Positions 40,455 through 51,723 of a DNA stretch of 64,000 nt are shown here, piece after piece. The notes below the pieces were generated by a model, which saw only the letters and a list, made by a program, of their open reading frames with translations, made no database searches and was not told the origin of the DNA. This stretch comes from Octopus sinensis (taxonomy: Eukaryota): contig NC_043014.1 in NCBI RefSeq assembly GCF_006345805.1, positions 46,066,001-46,130,000 of the forward strand. Reading direction: 5' to 3'. The number at the start of each line of letters is the position of its first letter. Position 1 is the stretch's first letter. The position numbers and the translations under genes were made by a program.

Positions 40455-40503
40455 TATGTGTGAATATATTTATATATATATATATACATACATTCACACA
40501 TAC

Positions 40504-40534
<31 letters not shown>

Positions 40535-40562
40535 CATACATACATACATACATACATACATA

Positions 40563-40777
40563 CACGAGGGATGTTGAAAAGCTCCTTTAAAGGTGTAGCG
40601 AAAGGCCTGGTTGGAGGCCCAACCTTCCGAGTCCTTTTACAGGACTTAGTAAAACTGAAGGATCACTGCCTCAAGTGTGTAACTCTGAGAGGTAAATATG
40701 TTAAATAAAATCATAATAACTCTTTTATTTATATGTTCTTTTACCCAAAGCCAGGAAGTTTTCAGTACGCCCTCGTA
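40563..40777 (+). mobile_element. mariner-derived MITE or relic
   Basis: Imperfect TIRs acgaggg..tgaaaag and ttttcagtacgccctcgt. Encodes KCVTLRGKYVK, resembling a mariner C-terminus. Confidence 0.6.
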
Positions 40778-41144
40778 TGTTACTCGATGAAACTCCAACA
40801 TAGTTTGATTTCCACATTTTATTTTTATAGCTTTACAATTTAATAATATTACGTATGGCAATTTTACAAGTCCTACCTTGTTTTGCTGAAATGACAAAAG
40901 TAAAATACACGACTTTTCGAATAAAAGCATTCTCGTTAATAACAATAAAACATACTGCTTCTGTTTGAAATGTGGTTTTTTAAAAAAAATATTTTGTTAC
41001 TTCTATAAAACATGAAAGTACTTGTAATATTGTAAAATGCAACATTGAAAAATTACAAAAATACAAAAGTAAAATGTGGAAGTCGTACTATGCTGAAATT
41101 TAATTGGCTAATGCATTTATCTATAAACAGCCTTACAAATCCTG

Positions 41145-41182
<38 letters not shown>

Positions 41183-41335
41183 TTTTTGTAATTTTTCAAT
41201 GTTGCATTTTACAATATTACATGTACTTTCATGTTTTATAGAAGTAACAAAATAAAAAAAAAAACATTTCAAACAGAAGCAGTATATATATATATTATAT
41301 ATATATATATATATATAATATATATATATATATAT

Positions 41336-41369
<34 letters not shown>

Positions 41370-42261
41370 TATTATAAAAGGCAGATTTATCTGCCTCCCT
41401 TTGGGAGTTATACAAATCTACAATATAGGATTTCTTCAATTACAATTTACCTAGCATTTTTAAGAGTAGAATGCATCGGGTCATGCCAGGTCCAGTTTTT
41501 AAAATTTAAACTCCAATTAAGCAAAATTTACAGAAAACTCACATTCTGGGTGTATGTCAAATGCTTCTTAGTCTGGTTTACAGCACACGCAAACGCACAC
41601 ACACAGTGTGCAACGAATAAAATGAAAGTAAATAGCGACAGAGTGATTTGAGGAAGACTAAACTGAAAGTATTTAAACCACTACTCAAAAAATAAAGAAA
41701 CACAGCAAACAGAAACAAATAAATACATAACCATTTACTCCTCACACAATTTCTTCAATTAGAGTTTACCTAAGATTTTTCAGAGTACTTCAGTGGGTGA
41801 TGCCATAAAAAATTCTTTCAATTTTACCACCAATTAAGACAAAATTCGAGAAAACTCAATATTTTAACATATCACTCCGAAAGCATTGATGTACATGTGT
41901 GCGTGCGTGAGTGTGTGTGTCATTCCTCACACACACGCATACACATACATATACAACTACATACATATACAACTACATAAACTACATACACATACAACTA
42001 CATACAAACACGTGTGTGTTTGTTATTAGTAAAAAGGCGCCAAATCACAACTCACTTATCATTCCAACACATTTGCAAGAGACAACACGGACAGACAGAA
42101 AAGGTAAATTGGTTTTTATTTTACTCTGTATTATTTTATCATATAATATTATATATAGATATATGTATATATAATTGCAGTATGAAACAGTGTTTATGTA
42201 TAAACAGACGACACTTATATATAGTTATTATAATAAGAGATTAATAAATGTATGCATCCGT

Positions 42262-42580
42262 TTAACCCTTTCGTTACCAAGCCGCCCGAATTTACCTATT
42301 CATATTTAAATGAGAATATCAGAGCAAATCTCTTTAGTACATTCGTGAAAACACGTATTATACTTCGTAAACACTTCAACTACAGTTTTGTACAAAAATC
42401 GAAGTGTAATTTTAATTCCGTGAATTATGGGAGATTTTTTTCCGAAATTTGTTCCTATTGTGTTTTCAAAATTTGTAATTCTGACAAAAAATGGATACGA
42501 ATTTCATTATATCAAGCAGCGAGTCAGAATTCGAAGGATTTTCTACTGAAGACCTTCATAAATCTAACTCTATGACTGAA
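42262..42580 (+). mobile_element. 5' end of a second piggyBac-like element, truncated
   Basis: TTAA followed by CCCTTTCG. ATG at 42491 reads MDTNFIISSSESEFEGFSTEDL, like the N-terminus at 37548. Cut off by the Helitron at 42591. Confidence 0.55.
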
Positions 42581-42590
42581 AAAAAAAGCA

Positions 42591-42930
42591 TCTTTTTATA
42601 AGAGTGAAGTTGTGTGGTGTCTGTCTCCTCCGATTTAGATTCCTAACTACTCCCACATTTTGCGGTGCAGTTTAACCAAAAGCGGGTATCTTATAGTCGT
42701 GATTCATATCGAGCCCTTCTGGGTATTAGCGTGCGTCTACGATGAGTCTACGATTTCAAAAAAATTTACCATCATATTTTTCCATTTTAATGCATTTTTT
42801 CGCTTTTATATAAGGGAAGTAACTCTCTAAAAATATCTACGATGTGTCACCGATTTAAAAAAAACTCTCTAAAAATGCTTATATAGTTATTTCCCTTACA
42901 AACCCGAGCAACGCCGGGCGATACTGCTAG
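42591..42930 (+). mobile_element. Non-autonomous Helitron, same family
   Basis: A^TC...hairpin CTAG^T. Confidence 0.88.
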
Positions 42931-42943
42931 TATATATATATAT

Positions 42944-42992
<49 letters not shown>

Positions 42993-43423
42993 ATATATGT
43001 AGTATATATATGTATAGGTGCAGGAGTGGCTGTGCGGTAAGTAGTTGCTTACCAACACATGGTTCCGGGTTTAGTCCCACTGCGTCGAGCTGACCAAAGC
43101 CTTGTGAGTGGATTTGGTAGACGGAAACTGAAAGAAGCCTGTCGTATATAAGTATATATATATATATATATATATGTTTTTCTTAGCTTCTGATCCTAGA
43201 AGCTCCATACTCCATATTACTTCATAAGTGAAAGCTCTCAAGAGTGTACAACCATCTGTAGAATATAAGTGATGTATCTATCAAGTGTGAACGAAATCGG
43301 ATGAAAAATATTGATTTTACGTGAGATCAAGCTAATGGTCGGTCACACACACACGCGCACACATACACACACACACACACACATATATATGTATATATAT
43401 ATATAATATGATATATATATTAT

Positions 43424-43467
<44 letters not shown>

Positions 43468-43648
43468 ATATAATATATATAGTAATACTAAGTAATTAAG
43501 GGTTTAGCAAGGATTTGCCTCACCACACACCGAATTAAGAAATAGCAGTCAAAGAGTTTTGGCTATTCTTTCTACTTAAAAGGGAGATCCCAGTAAAACC
43601 ACAGCACTTAAAAGGCAAACAACGCAGGCAAAAGAGAAAGAAATGACG

Positions 43649-43685
<37 letters not shown>

Positions 43686-44084
43686 TATATATTATTGATA
43701 AATCACTTCAGGTCCTTTTAATGCGAAGTTGGGCCTATATTACATGTTTTAGTGCACAAAACTCTTCTTTTCCTGAATATGTGAGATTAGGACCGCCTCT
43801 AATATTACCTGGGCATTTGTTATACCATCAAATACAGTAAGTTACCGTTGACAAAAAAATAATTATAATAATTTGATAATTACTTCAATTTGTCCCTGTA
43901 TGGTGACATGTATTGATTATCGTTTAAACGAGTTTTTCTCAACCGGAGTCCATTTGGCTCCTCAGAGTCCAAATAAGATTTTTCTTTTTTTTTTTTTTGG
44001 AGGGGAAGATCCATGCCACAAAATAGTAAATTGGTGACCCACAATAGTATTTTAAGAGCGCCTGAAAAATGTCTGCTTTAGGTC

Positions 44085-44666
44085 CGTGCTCCGCAACCTG
44101 TTTTCAATTGCGGCACATTTATACTCTTTTACTTGCTTCAGTCATTTGATTGTGGCCATGCTGGAGCACCGCCTTTTGTCGAGTAAATCGACCCCGGGAC
44201 TTATTCTTTGTAAGCCCAGTACTTATTCTATCGGTCTCTTTTGCCGAACCGCTAAGTGACGGGGACGTAAACACACCAGCATCGGTTGTCAAGCAATGCT
44301 AGAGGGACAAACACAGACACACAAACATACACACACACAAACATATACAAGTATACATATATACGACAGGCTTCTTTCAGTTTCCGTCTACCAAATCCAC
44401 TCACAAGGCATTGGTCGGCCCGAGGCTATAAGCAGAAGACACTTGCCCAAGGTGCCACGCAGTGGGACTGAACCCGGAACCATATGGTTGGTAGGCAAGC
44501 TAACCTACCACACAGCCACTCCTGCAAAATTCGGCGGCACACCTGAACTAAAAATATAACTAAAAGTATAGGAGAAAACAATTATATTCAGATTACGCTG
44601 CGGCGCACCTAGCATCGTCTCGTGGCACACTAGTGTGCCGCGGCATACTGGTTTCGGGGCACTGCT
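44085..44666. mobile_element. hAT-type MITE interrupted by SINE A
   Basis: Imperfect TIR ccgtgctccgcaacctg / ctggtttcggggcactg, with gcggcacac internal motifs. TSD only partly matching. Confidence 0.45.
44123..44524 (-). mobile_element. SINE A
   Basis: Same consensus. Confidence 0.9.
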
Positions 44667-44752
44667 TTACACTGTATGTATTGGTATTTATTGCAAGAAA
44701 CAGCTTGGTTTTGGGGGGTTTTTTTCTCTAGCATTTTACTGAGTTCAACCAA

Positions 44753-45145
44753 GGTGCAGGAGTGGCTGTGTGGTAAGTAGCTTGCTTACCAACCACATGG
44801 TTCCGGGTTCAGTCCCACTGCGTGGCACCTTGGGCAAGTGTCTTCTGCTATAGCCTCGGGCCGACCAAAGCCTTGTGAGTGGATTTGGTAGATGGAAACT
44901 GAAAGAAGACCATCGTATATATGTATATACATATATGTGTGCATGTATGTTTGTGTGTCTGTGTTTGTCCCCCTAGCATCGCTTGACAACCGATGCTGGT
45001 GTGTTTACGTCCCCGTCACTTAGCGGTTCCGCAAAAGAGACCGATAGAATAAGTACTGGGCTTACAAAGAATAAGTCCAGACTAAAGGCGGTGCTCCAGC
45101 ATGGCCGCAGTCAAATGACTGAAACAATTAAAAGAGAAAAGAGTA
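44753..45145 (+). mobile_element. SINE A
   Basis: Same consensus. Confidence 0.9.
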
Positions 45146-45445
45146 AAGTAAAATAGTAATCAAAGGGTCCATAGATAATTTTAAAAAAACGTTGTTGTAG
45201 TTCTCACTATCATTGTCGTTGTTGTTGTTGTTGTTCTAGTTGTTGTAGTTGTTATTGTTTTTGTTGTTACTGTGCTCCAGGCCAGTTCCGATCGATCAGC
45301 AATCGCCCATATGTTCAAGACTGATTATTTCAGCTGTGACCATTTCCCCGATACATACATACATACATACACACACACATATATATATATATATATACGT
45401 TTAAATATTTGTTGTGCAAGATTTTATATATATATATATATATAT

Positions 45446-45628
45446 AACGCGTCTGTAGCTGCCGGTCAAGTAGTGTGGAGCGACTGACCTCCCTTGTTCG
45501 AAGGTTATATGGATACAGTTTGTGTATCAAATAGCTAACTTAAGGCGATGGCCTCATGGAGCTAATAAGCGGACAGCTTTATTCTTATTTTTATAAGAAT
45601 GCCATATTAGTATGGCGATAACTATTAT
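45446..45628 (+). repeat. 5' terminal direct repeat (183 bp), identical to 50980-51162
   Basis: Base-by-base comparison found no mismatch. It starts inside hammerhead stem III (aacgcgtc). Confidence 0.95.
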
Positions 45629-45827
45629 TTTTCGGGAACGCTGCCGTTGTTCTCTTTTAGAGAGACTTAGTAATTTTAATATTTCTATTATTGAAAACAG
45701 GTAGAAAATTTCTTTTTATATATGAACTTTAATTCAGTGTGGAATTAATTTTTATCTTGTCTCTTGTGACAAGTCATTGCATTTTAATATAGATCTTGAC
45801 TTAACATCAAATTCTGATTTTCCCGAG

Positions 45828-47272
45828 ATGGGAGAAGTTATAAATAATGGAAAGCAAAAGGATACAAAGGAGAAACAAAGTTTTTCGGAAGTGTTGGAGG
45901 CAATGTTATAGAACTGGAAGTAGCAATGGGGGATCTCTTCAAGTTCAGAAAGTTCATACAAAGGAATGGAGAAGAAACGAGAATAATACCGCCCCCTGAC
46001 ACCTTACAAGCAATCCGTGAGAAGACGGTAATTTATAAGGTATATAATATTAGGAAAAAAAGATTGCAGATGTAAAAAATGAATTGGTAGAACGGTGCAT
46101 GGCACCAATTGAACAAGGTTCGCTATGTTGGCCGAGGAGTGAGAAGCGCTACTATTGAAGCGCATTTCGAGTCGGCTAGCATAGCGAAGGAAATTTCAAC
46201 TCAAACGTTGAAGAGTGCAGACATCCTGTTGCTGCCCACGTACTTAGGGCGCAGAACAGCTAAAGTAACAATAGAGGATATACCAACAGGTTACGATGTA
46301 ATGTGGGCAGCAACAGCGGTCGTATTCGACGTAGAAGAGAAATTAAACATTTTAAACATGAGGATGAAAGAGGCAAAATTTTGGAAAGGTCAGCAGCTTG
46401 AAATGATCGTTCAAGCTGAAAATGCAACGCTGGAGAGTTTGCCAGACAGGGTCTTCGTGGGGGATGGACACACTATGCGGGTATCGGTGGAGAGACGTAG
46501 GCCCAGATGTTTCAAATGTGGGCAGAAGGGTCACGTCCGCTCAGAGTGCAAAAAGAAAAAACCCGTTAATGCCCCCATTCAAACCGCTGTGGAGAACAAA
46601 GCAGACATCACAGCAACAACAAAAGAGAATACCCGGAAAAAGCAAAATGAAAGTCAAAAGGAGGAAAAGAAAATGAATGGAAAACAAAACGAAAACGAAA
46701 ACGAGGTGGAAAATAATTTATCAAATGGAAAAGAACTGGAAGTGATGGAAATACGACTGTAACAACAAAAGGAAGAAATCCAATACCCCGGACTCCCCAC
46801 CCCAAACAAAAAGAAAAACAAACGCAGAAGAGCAACACAAAAAAATTATCCAATCCCACCCCGCTGGCACTACTTTTGTAGGCCAGCATTTCATTAAACC
46901 CCAGCCCCCAACTTTAAAAGGATTCAAAAAAACCGATAGGTGCATTGCTATAACACAAAAAACGAGAGAGTAGTTTGGTACATAAAGGCGAAACCAAACA
47001 TAAAATGTTTCAAATCATCGGAAAAAAACCCGGATTGGAGGTATGCGAAGGTTGGAGAGGAGGAATGGAAGGAGAGACTCTTCCAACTACACGTGAGGGA
47101 CAACCTGATTAAAGATGTCACACAAGAGGTGATAGCTGGAAAATTGAATATTAGCCCGGCAGCCACTCCATCCCAGAGCCCGGTGGCAACGCCGGTTAAA
47201 TGCCCAGCAACAACGGAGAGTGTGGGGGAGGCAGGCAGACAAAAGCTGCCATGCTCCCTCTCACAACCGTAA
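45828..47272 (+). pseudogene. ORF1 (gag-like, zinc knuckle) of the Tx1-like LINE, frameshifted
   Basis: ATG at 45828 (MGEVINNGKQ...). ORF 46109-46762 contains CFKCGQKGHVRSEC (CX2CX4HX4C). LLPTYLGRRTAKVTI resembles the ORF1 at 16623-17250. Broken into several frames. Confidence 0.8.
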
Positions 47273-47296
47273 GTAAAAAACTTTCTTCATTCATCG

Positions 47297-50200
47297 ATGA
47301 TTAAGTTGGGCTGTATAAATGGCGTGGAATGGGGTCGAAATGGAAACAGGCTTGCTTGCTGGACGACCTCAGGACACACAGAATAGATGTAGCCATTGTC
47401 ACCGAGTCCAAGATGAGAGGAACCCAAGCGTTCTCGCATCTTCTCAATGGTTACGAGAAATTTATTTCTCCTAGCCGAGGAGGAAGTGCAGGCGTGGCAG
47501 TCCTTATCAAGAAGAACTTGGACTTACAGGTAAGTACTGTCTTTATGGACCCAGAAGGTAGGCTGGTTGTCCTCGATGTAACTCACGTGAGTAAGCAGTC
47601 CTTCAGGTTGGTAGCTGTTTATGCTCCTAATGAGGGTAGGCAGACTGGTTTTTATCGGAACTTGGAGCACTTTCTAGTGACGTCTAAAACGGTAGTATTG
47701 GTAGGGGATTTCAACACTATCATCGATGCGCGGATAGATAGTGTGGGCTCGTCTGATAGAAGGGGGAATCCTTGCCTCAAGGGTCTACTGACGAGCCTTA
47801 ATCTAGTAGATCGGTTTCGAATGGATGAGCCGAGCATTCCACAGTGGACGTGGAGTAACAATGACGGCTCACGCAGATCGTATATAGATAGGGTATTTGT
47901 TAAAGAACGAGATAGGAATAGCATTAGCTGTCCACAATTTTGTATTGTGCCTTACACGGATCACAAATTAGTGACGTGTGAGGTACATGTAGATAAATGC
48001 CATAGACAGGGACCCGGATACTGGAAAATGAACAAGTCTATTTTGGCTTGTGAAGCTTTCCGTAACCGGATTATGGAATTAGTCCAGAGGGCATTATGTG
48101 GAACCATCATTAATAATAGATGGTGGATCGCCCTCAAAAGAGCCATCCGTTTCGAGTCCATTAGATTTAGCAACCAGCTAAGTTTAGATAGGACTAGAAT
48201 AGAGGGCGATTTAGTTAAGACTTAGACGAGGCATGGGATCTGGCTGTGCATCTAGAGTGTTAGCAGAGAGAACGATCTTGTACCGTCACCTCAATGCCAA
48301 GCATGAAGGATGTAGAGTCAGAGCTAAGCTACGTGCAATGAAACGAGAAGGTATTAATGTTGCCGGATGGGCACGTCGTGTGGAGAGTCAGAAGGGCAAA
48401 AAGTCCTCTATTAAGTCTTTAACTGACGAACATGGACGCAAAATCTATGGACAGGAGGAGATACAGAAGGTCTTTCAACAGCATTTCGCTCGGTTGTTTG
48501 GGGAGGGCGATCCACTCGAGCGAGGGGAGGACTTACAGAACTTCCTAGCTGGTGGGCATCGGCTCTCGCCACGCAGAGCGGAACGCTGTGAAGGACCGAT
48601 TACTCCCGCGGAGGTAAGAGGGGTTTTGGCTGAATGCGCCCGGGAAAAGTCGCCGGGACTGGATGGTCTGCCCTATGAGTTTTATTGTTGTATGCCGGAC
48701 TTGTTCGGGGACATACTGGCAAGCGTCTACGCAAACTGGCAACAGAATGGGAAGATTCCCAGTTCTGTGAGCCGGGGAGTTGTGACGCTGATCCAGAAAG
48801 ACCCGAGCAAGGGGGATAATATTAGTAATTATAGGCCCATAACTCTACTTAATGTAGAGTTAAAGATTTTGGCCAAGGTGTTAGCAGAAAGGTTGAAGGT
48901 CGTCATGGAAAAACTTGTCGGAAAGGCACAGACATGTGCAATCCCAGGAAGGTCGATCGAAGATAATCTTCACCTTCTACGCTACACTATAGACAGGGTT
49001 GGGCAATTAGCCGGCAAAGGAGGGGCATTGGTCCATTTAGACCAAAGTAAAGCATTTGATAGGGTAGATCATCAGTACCTGGCGACGGTTCTCGAAGCGG
49101 CTGGGCTAGGTCCTGACTTTCGCGGGTGGATATCAGCTATGTACAGCGGTATCAAGTCCACAGTCCAGATAAACGGTTACTTAACGGAACTGTTTTCGAT
49201 TAAGCGTTCAGTTCGTCAAGGATGTCCCTTGTCCCCTCTCCTGTACGTTTTGGCTCTTGAGCCATTGCTGCGGAGTTGGAGACGGTGAGATGCAATCCTA
49301 ATGAATCGGATGCGGTAAGTCTGTTTCTGCGTATGCGGATGACGTCACCTTCACGTGTCCAACGAAGCACAACTAACTCGTGTAGAAGGTGCTCTCCGAA
49401 GATACGAAGCGGTGGCTGGGGCAAAAGTTAACAAGGACAAGTCCACTGGTTTGCGCCTCGGCACCTGGAGGAACAAGCCGATATCGTCCAGTGTTGTTGG
49501 ACACTGGACATATGGTCCTGTTAAATTGCTTGGAGTTTGGTTTGGTTCAGACTCCCAGACGGAGAAAATTGGAGCGAGGTAGTGACCAAGGTAGAAGCCA
49601 TAGTTCGGGAGTGGTCCGGAAGGCATCTTTCCTTGAAAGGGAGGGCGGAGGTGGTACAGGTGTTTATAGCATCTGTAATCACCTATCGCCTGACTGTCGT
49701 GCCTTGCCCCGATTTGTGGCTAAGCAAGTTGGATCGACTCCTTTTCCGCTTTTTGTGGAAGGGAGGAAAGCCACTTGTAAGGCGCTCCGTGTGTTGCCAG
49801 GAACCACTAAAGGGTGGCTGGGGATGCCTTGGTTAATGATGCGCAGGCATGCGCTGAGACTGAGACATCTCTGGTTTCACCTGGAAGGTGATAAGGTGTG
49901 GAGTCCGCTGGCAGATAATTTCTTCCCGCAACCGGACTCTATGGAGAGATTTAAACCCGGTTTCATTAAAAGACGGAATCTGACTTTATGGCAGAAAGAG
50001 TGCCGACAGGCACTCTGGCTGATCCACAAGATAGGCAAAGCCGGCTGCGGGAATACCACCTCGACATTTTATAGAAGGATGGTAGAGGCAAAAAATGACG
50101 ACATCCTAAGAGGGGCTCTAGGGTTCGATGAGGATCAACTATACGACCTGTTTAAGAAGACTTTCAAGCCGGGGTATTTGGACAATTACCAAAAATCCCT

Positions 50201-50687
50201 GACTTGGCAGTGCTATAGGAATGCTCTACCTGTTCGCGATAAGTTATATAGGCATGGAATGTCAATGCCACCGACATGTCCAAGATGTGGGTTGGACGAT
50301 GAAACCGTCCAGCACGCTTTTGTACATTGTCAGGAGCTGTCAGGCTTAATAAGTTACGTAGAACACGCGTTGTCGCATCTGGGACGAGTACAGCTATCGG
50401 CTGGTTCTATAATAAAGATGATACCGCCAGCTGGACTCTCAAAGGAAGGTGAGGCTTGTTTTCACTGTACGGTGGCAGTACTGAAAGAGTGTGTGTGGAG
50501 AACTAGATTGGAAGGTTTGGTGTCAGGATCCTTTGTCTCTGGATATGGTATGTTAAAATACTTCAGATACCATCTAAAGAGCAAGATGGATTTAGAGAAG
50601 AGGAACCTGACACAGAAAAAGTATGTGAATCGATGGAAGGATGTGATAAAAAAGGTGGGTGTGAGTAACCCTTCTTGGTCATCATGA
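47297..50687 (+). pseudogene. ORF2 (AP endonuclease, reverse transcriptase, C-terminal Cys/His finger) of the Tx1-like LINE, several frameshifts
   Basis: APE motifs: IDVAIVTESK, LVAVYAPN, VLVGDFN, SYIDRV, YTDHKLV. RT motifs: KSPGLDGLPYEFY, NYRPITLLN, LDQSKAFDRVDH, SVRQGCPLSP, and YADD at 49332-49343. C-terminal CPRCGLDDETVQHAFVHC. Frame changes near 47322, 48225, 49290, 49580 and 49836. Confidence 0.93.
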
Positions 50688-50951
50688 AGGGAGAAAATAG
50701 TCTCTGGGCTCTTAGGCTGTCGGGTAAGAATCCTGACTGTGATATACCTAGCTGGCCAAAATCATTTTTAATTTAAAAACAAAAAGGAGAAAAGTAAAGT
50801 CTAGTATCATAATCAATAATCAACATATGTAAATATCAAACGAACAACGTAAACTTTTTGTAATTATGTTTTGTATTGTAATGTACTATCTCTGTAAGAT
50901 TTTTATAATCATAATAAAGATTTTAGAAGCGACACCTACTGGTCTGGCTAC

Positions 50952-50993
50952 GCTGCATTGAAAAGGGGCAATACCCCGAAACGCGTCTGTAGC
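50952..50993 (+). ncRNA. Minimal type I hammerhead ribozyme, U3:A8 core variant
   Basis: gctgca | TTGAAAA | gggg caata cccc | GAAA | cgcg | TC | tgtagc. Stem I is 6 bp with one G-U, stem II is 4 bp, stem III is palindromic. Predicted cleavage after 50987. Confidence 0.75.
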
Positions 50994-51162
50994 TGCCGGT
51001 CAAGTAGTGTGGAGCGACTGACCTCCCTTGTTCGAAGGTTATATGGATACAGTTTGTGTATCAAATAGCTAACTTAAGGCGATGGCCTCATGGAGCTAAT
51101 AAGCGGACAGCTTTATTCTTATTTTTATAAGAATGCCATATTAGTATGGCGATAACTATTAT
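50980..51162 (+). repeat. 3' terminal direct repeat (183 bp)
   Basis: Identical to 45446-45628 and followed by (TA)n. Confidence 0.95.
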
Positions 51163-51201
51163 ATATATATATATATATATATATAGGTGCAGATATATAT
51201 A

Positions 51202-51407
51202 GGTCATCAGCCCACGTCGATCACGTCCCTGCTCTTTGTACAGACCGCCCGTCGCTACTACCGATCGAACGGTCCGGTGAGGTCCTCGGATCTGGCCGAC
51301 GAGACCGCTTACGCGCGGCAGCGTTCCGCGCCGTCGTCGGCGCGTTCTCTGATGGCCCGGAGAAGACGACCGAATCCGATCGCTTAGAGGAAGTAAAAGT
51401 CGTAACA
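51202..51407 (+). pseudogene. 18S rRNA 3' fragment (helix 44 region), orphan rDNA piece
   Basis: Matches universal SSU motifs GTCCCTGC(C)CTTTGTACA(C)ACCGCCCGTCGCTACTACCGAT and TAGAGGAAGTAAAAGTCGTAACA. No flanking rDNA, and it stops before helix 45. Confidence 0.9.
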
Positions 51408-51723
51408 TTTAATGCGAAAAATGACCAAAAAAGGAGCAAACACAACATATTTAGCAGCGAAAACGTTAAATTAGGAAAAGACAAACCGTTCTTCAGTTCA
51501 TGGATACGATACGAAAAGCGTAATTTCGAAAACGAAATTTTGTAATGCACTCTCGGATTTTGTGAAATAAATTGCAATTTTCGCCAAATAAAATCGCAGA
51601 GATATGTGTCGACTATGGAAGGATAAGTGTCACAACGCCGTTTATTAATTGGCTTTACAGAGGGTGTTTTCTACTTGTTCCATGTGGGTACAATCTTTCA
51701 AGTTAATAAATCCAACGTTGTGT

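Larger units (their letters stand above)
45446..51162 (+). mobile_element. Full-length L1/Tx1-type non-LTR retrotransposon (ORF1 with CCHC knuckle; ORF2 APE-RT-zinc finger) bounded by identical 183-bp direct repeats, inserted in (TA)n
   Basis: ORF1 and ORF2 motifs are listed in the next two entries. Direct repeats at 45446-45628 and 50980-51162. (TA)n lies on both flanks. AATAAA at 50913-50918. Confidence 0.9.

Noticed and set aside
43712-43836. 125-bp candidate exon (cag|...|gtaagt) with one open frame
   Set aside because: No polypyrimidine tract, no recognisable peptide and no partner exons.
45446-51162. Interpretation as an LTR retrotransposon
   Set aside because: The repeats lack TG...CA ends, PBS and PPT. 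The ORF has APE and LINE-type RT but no protease or integrase.
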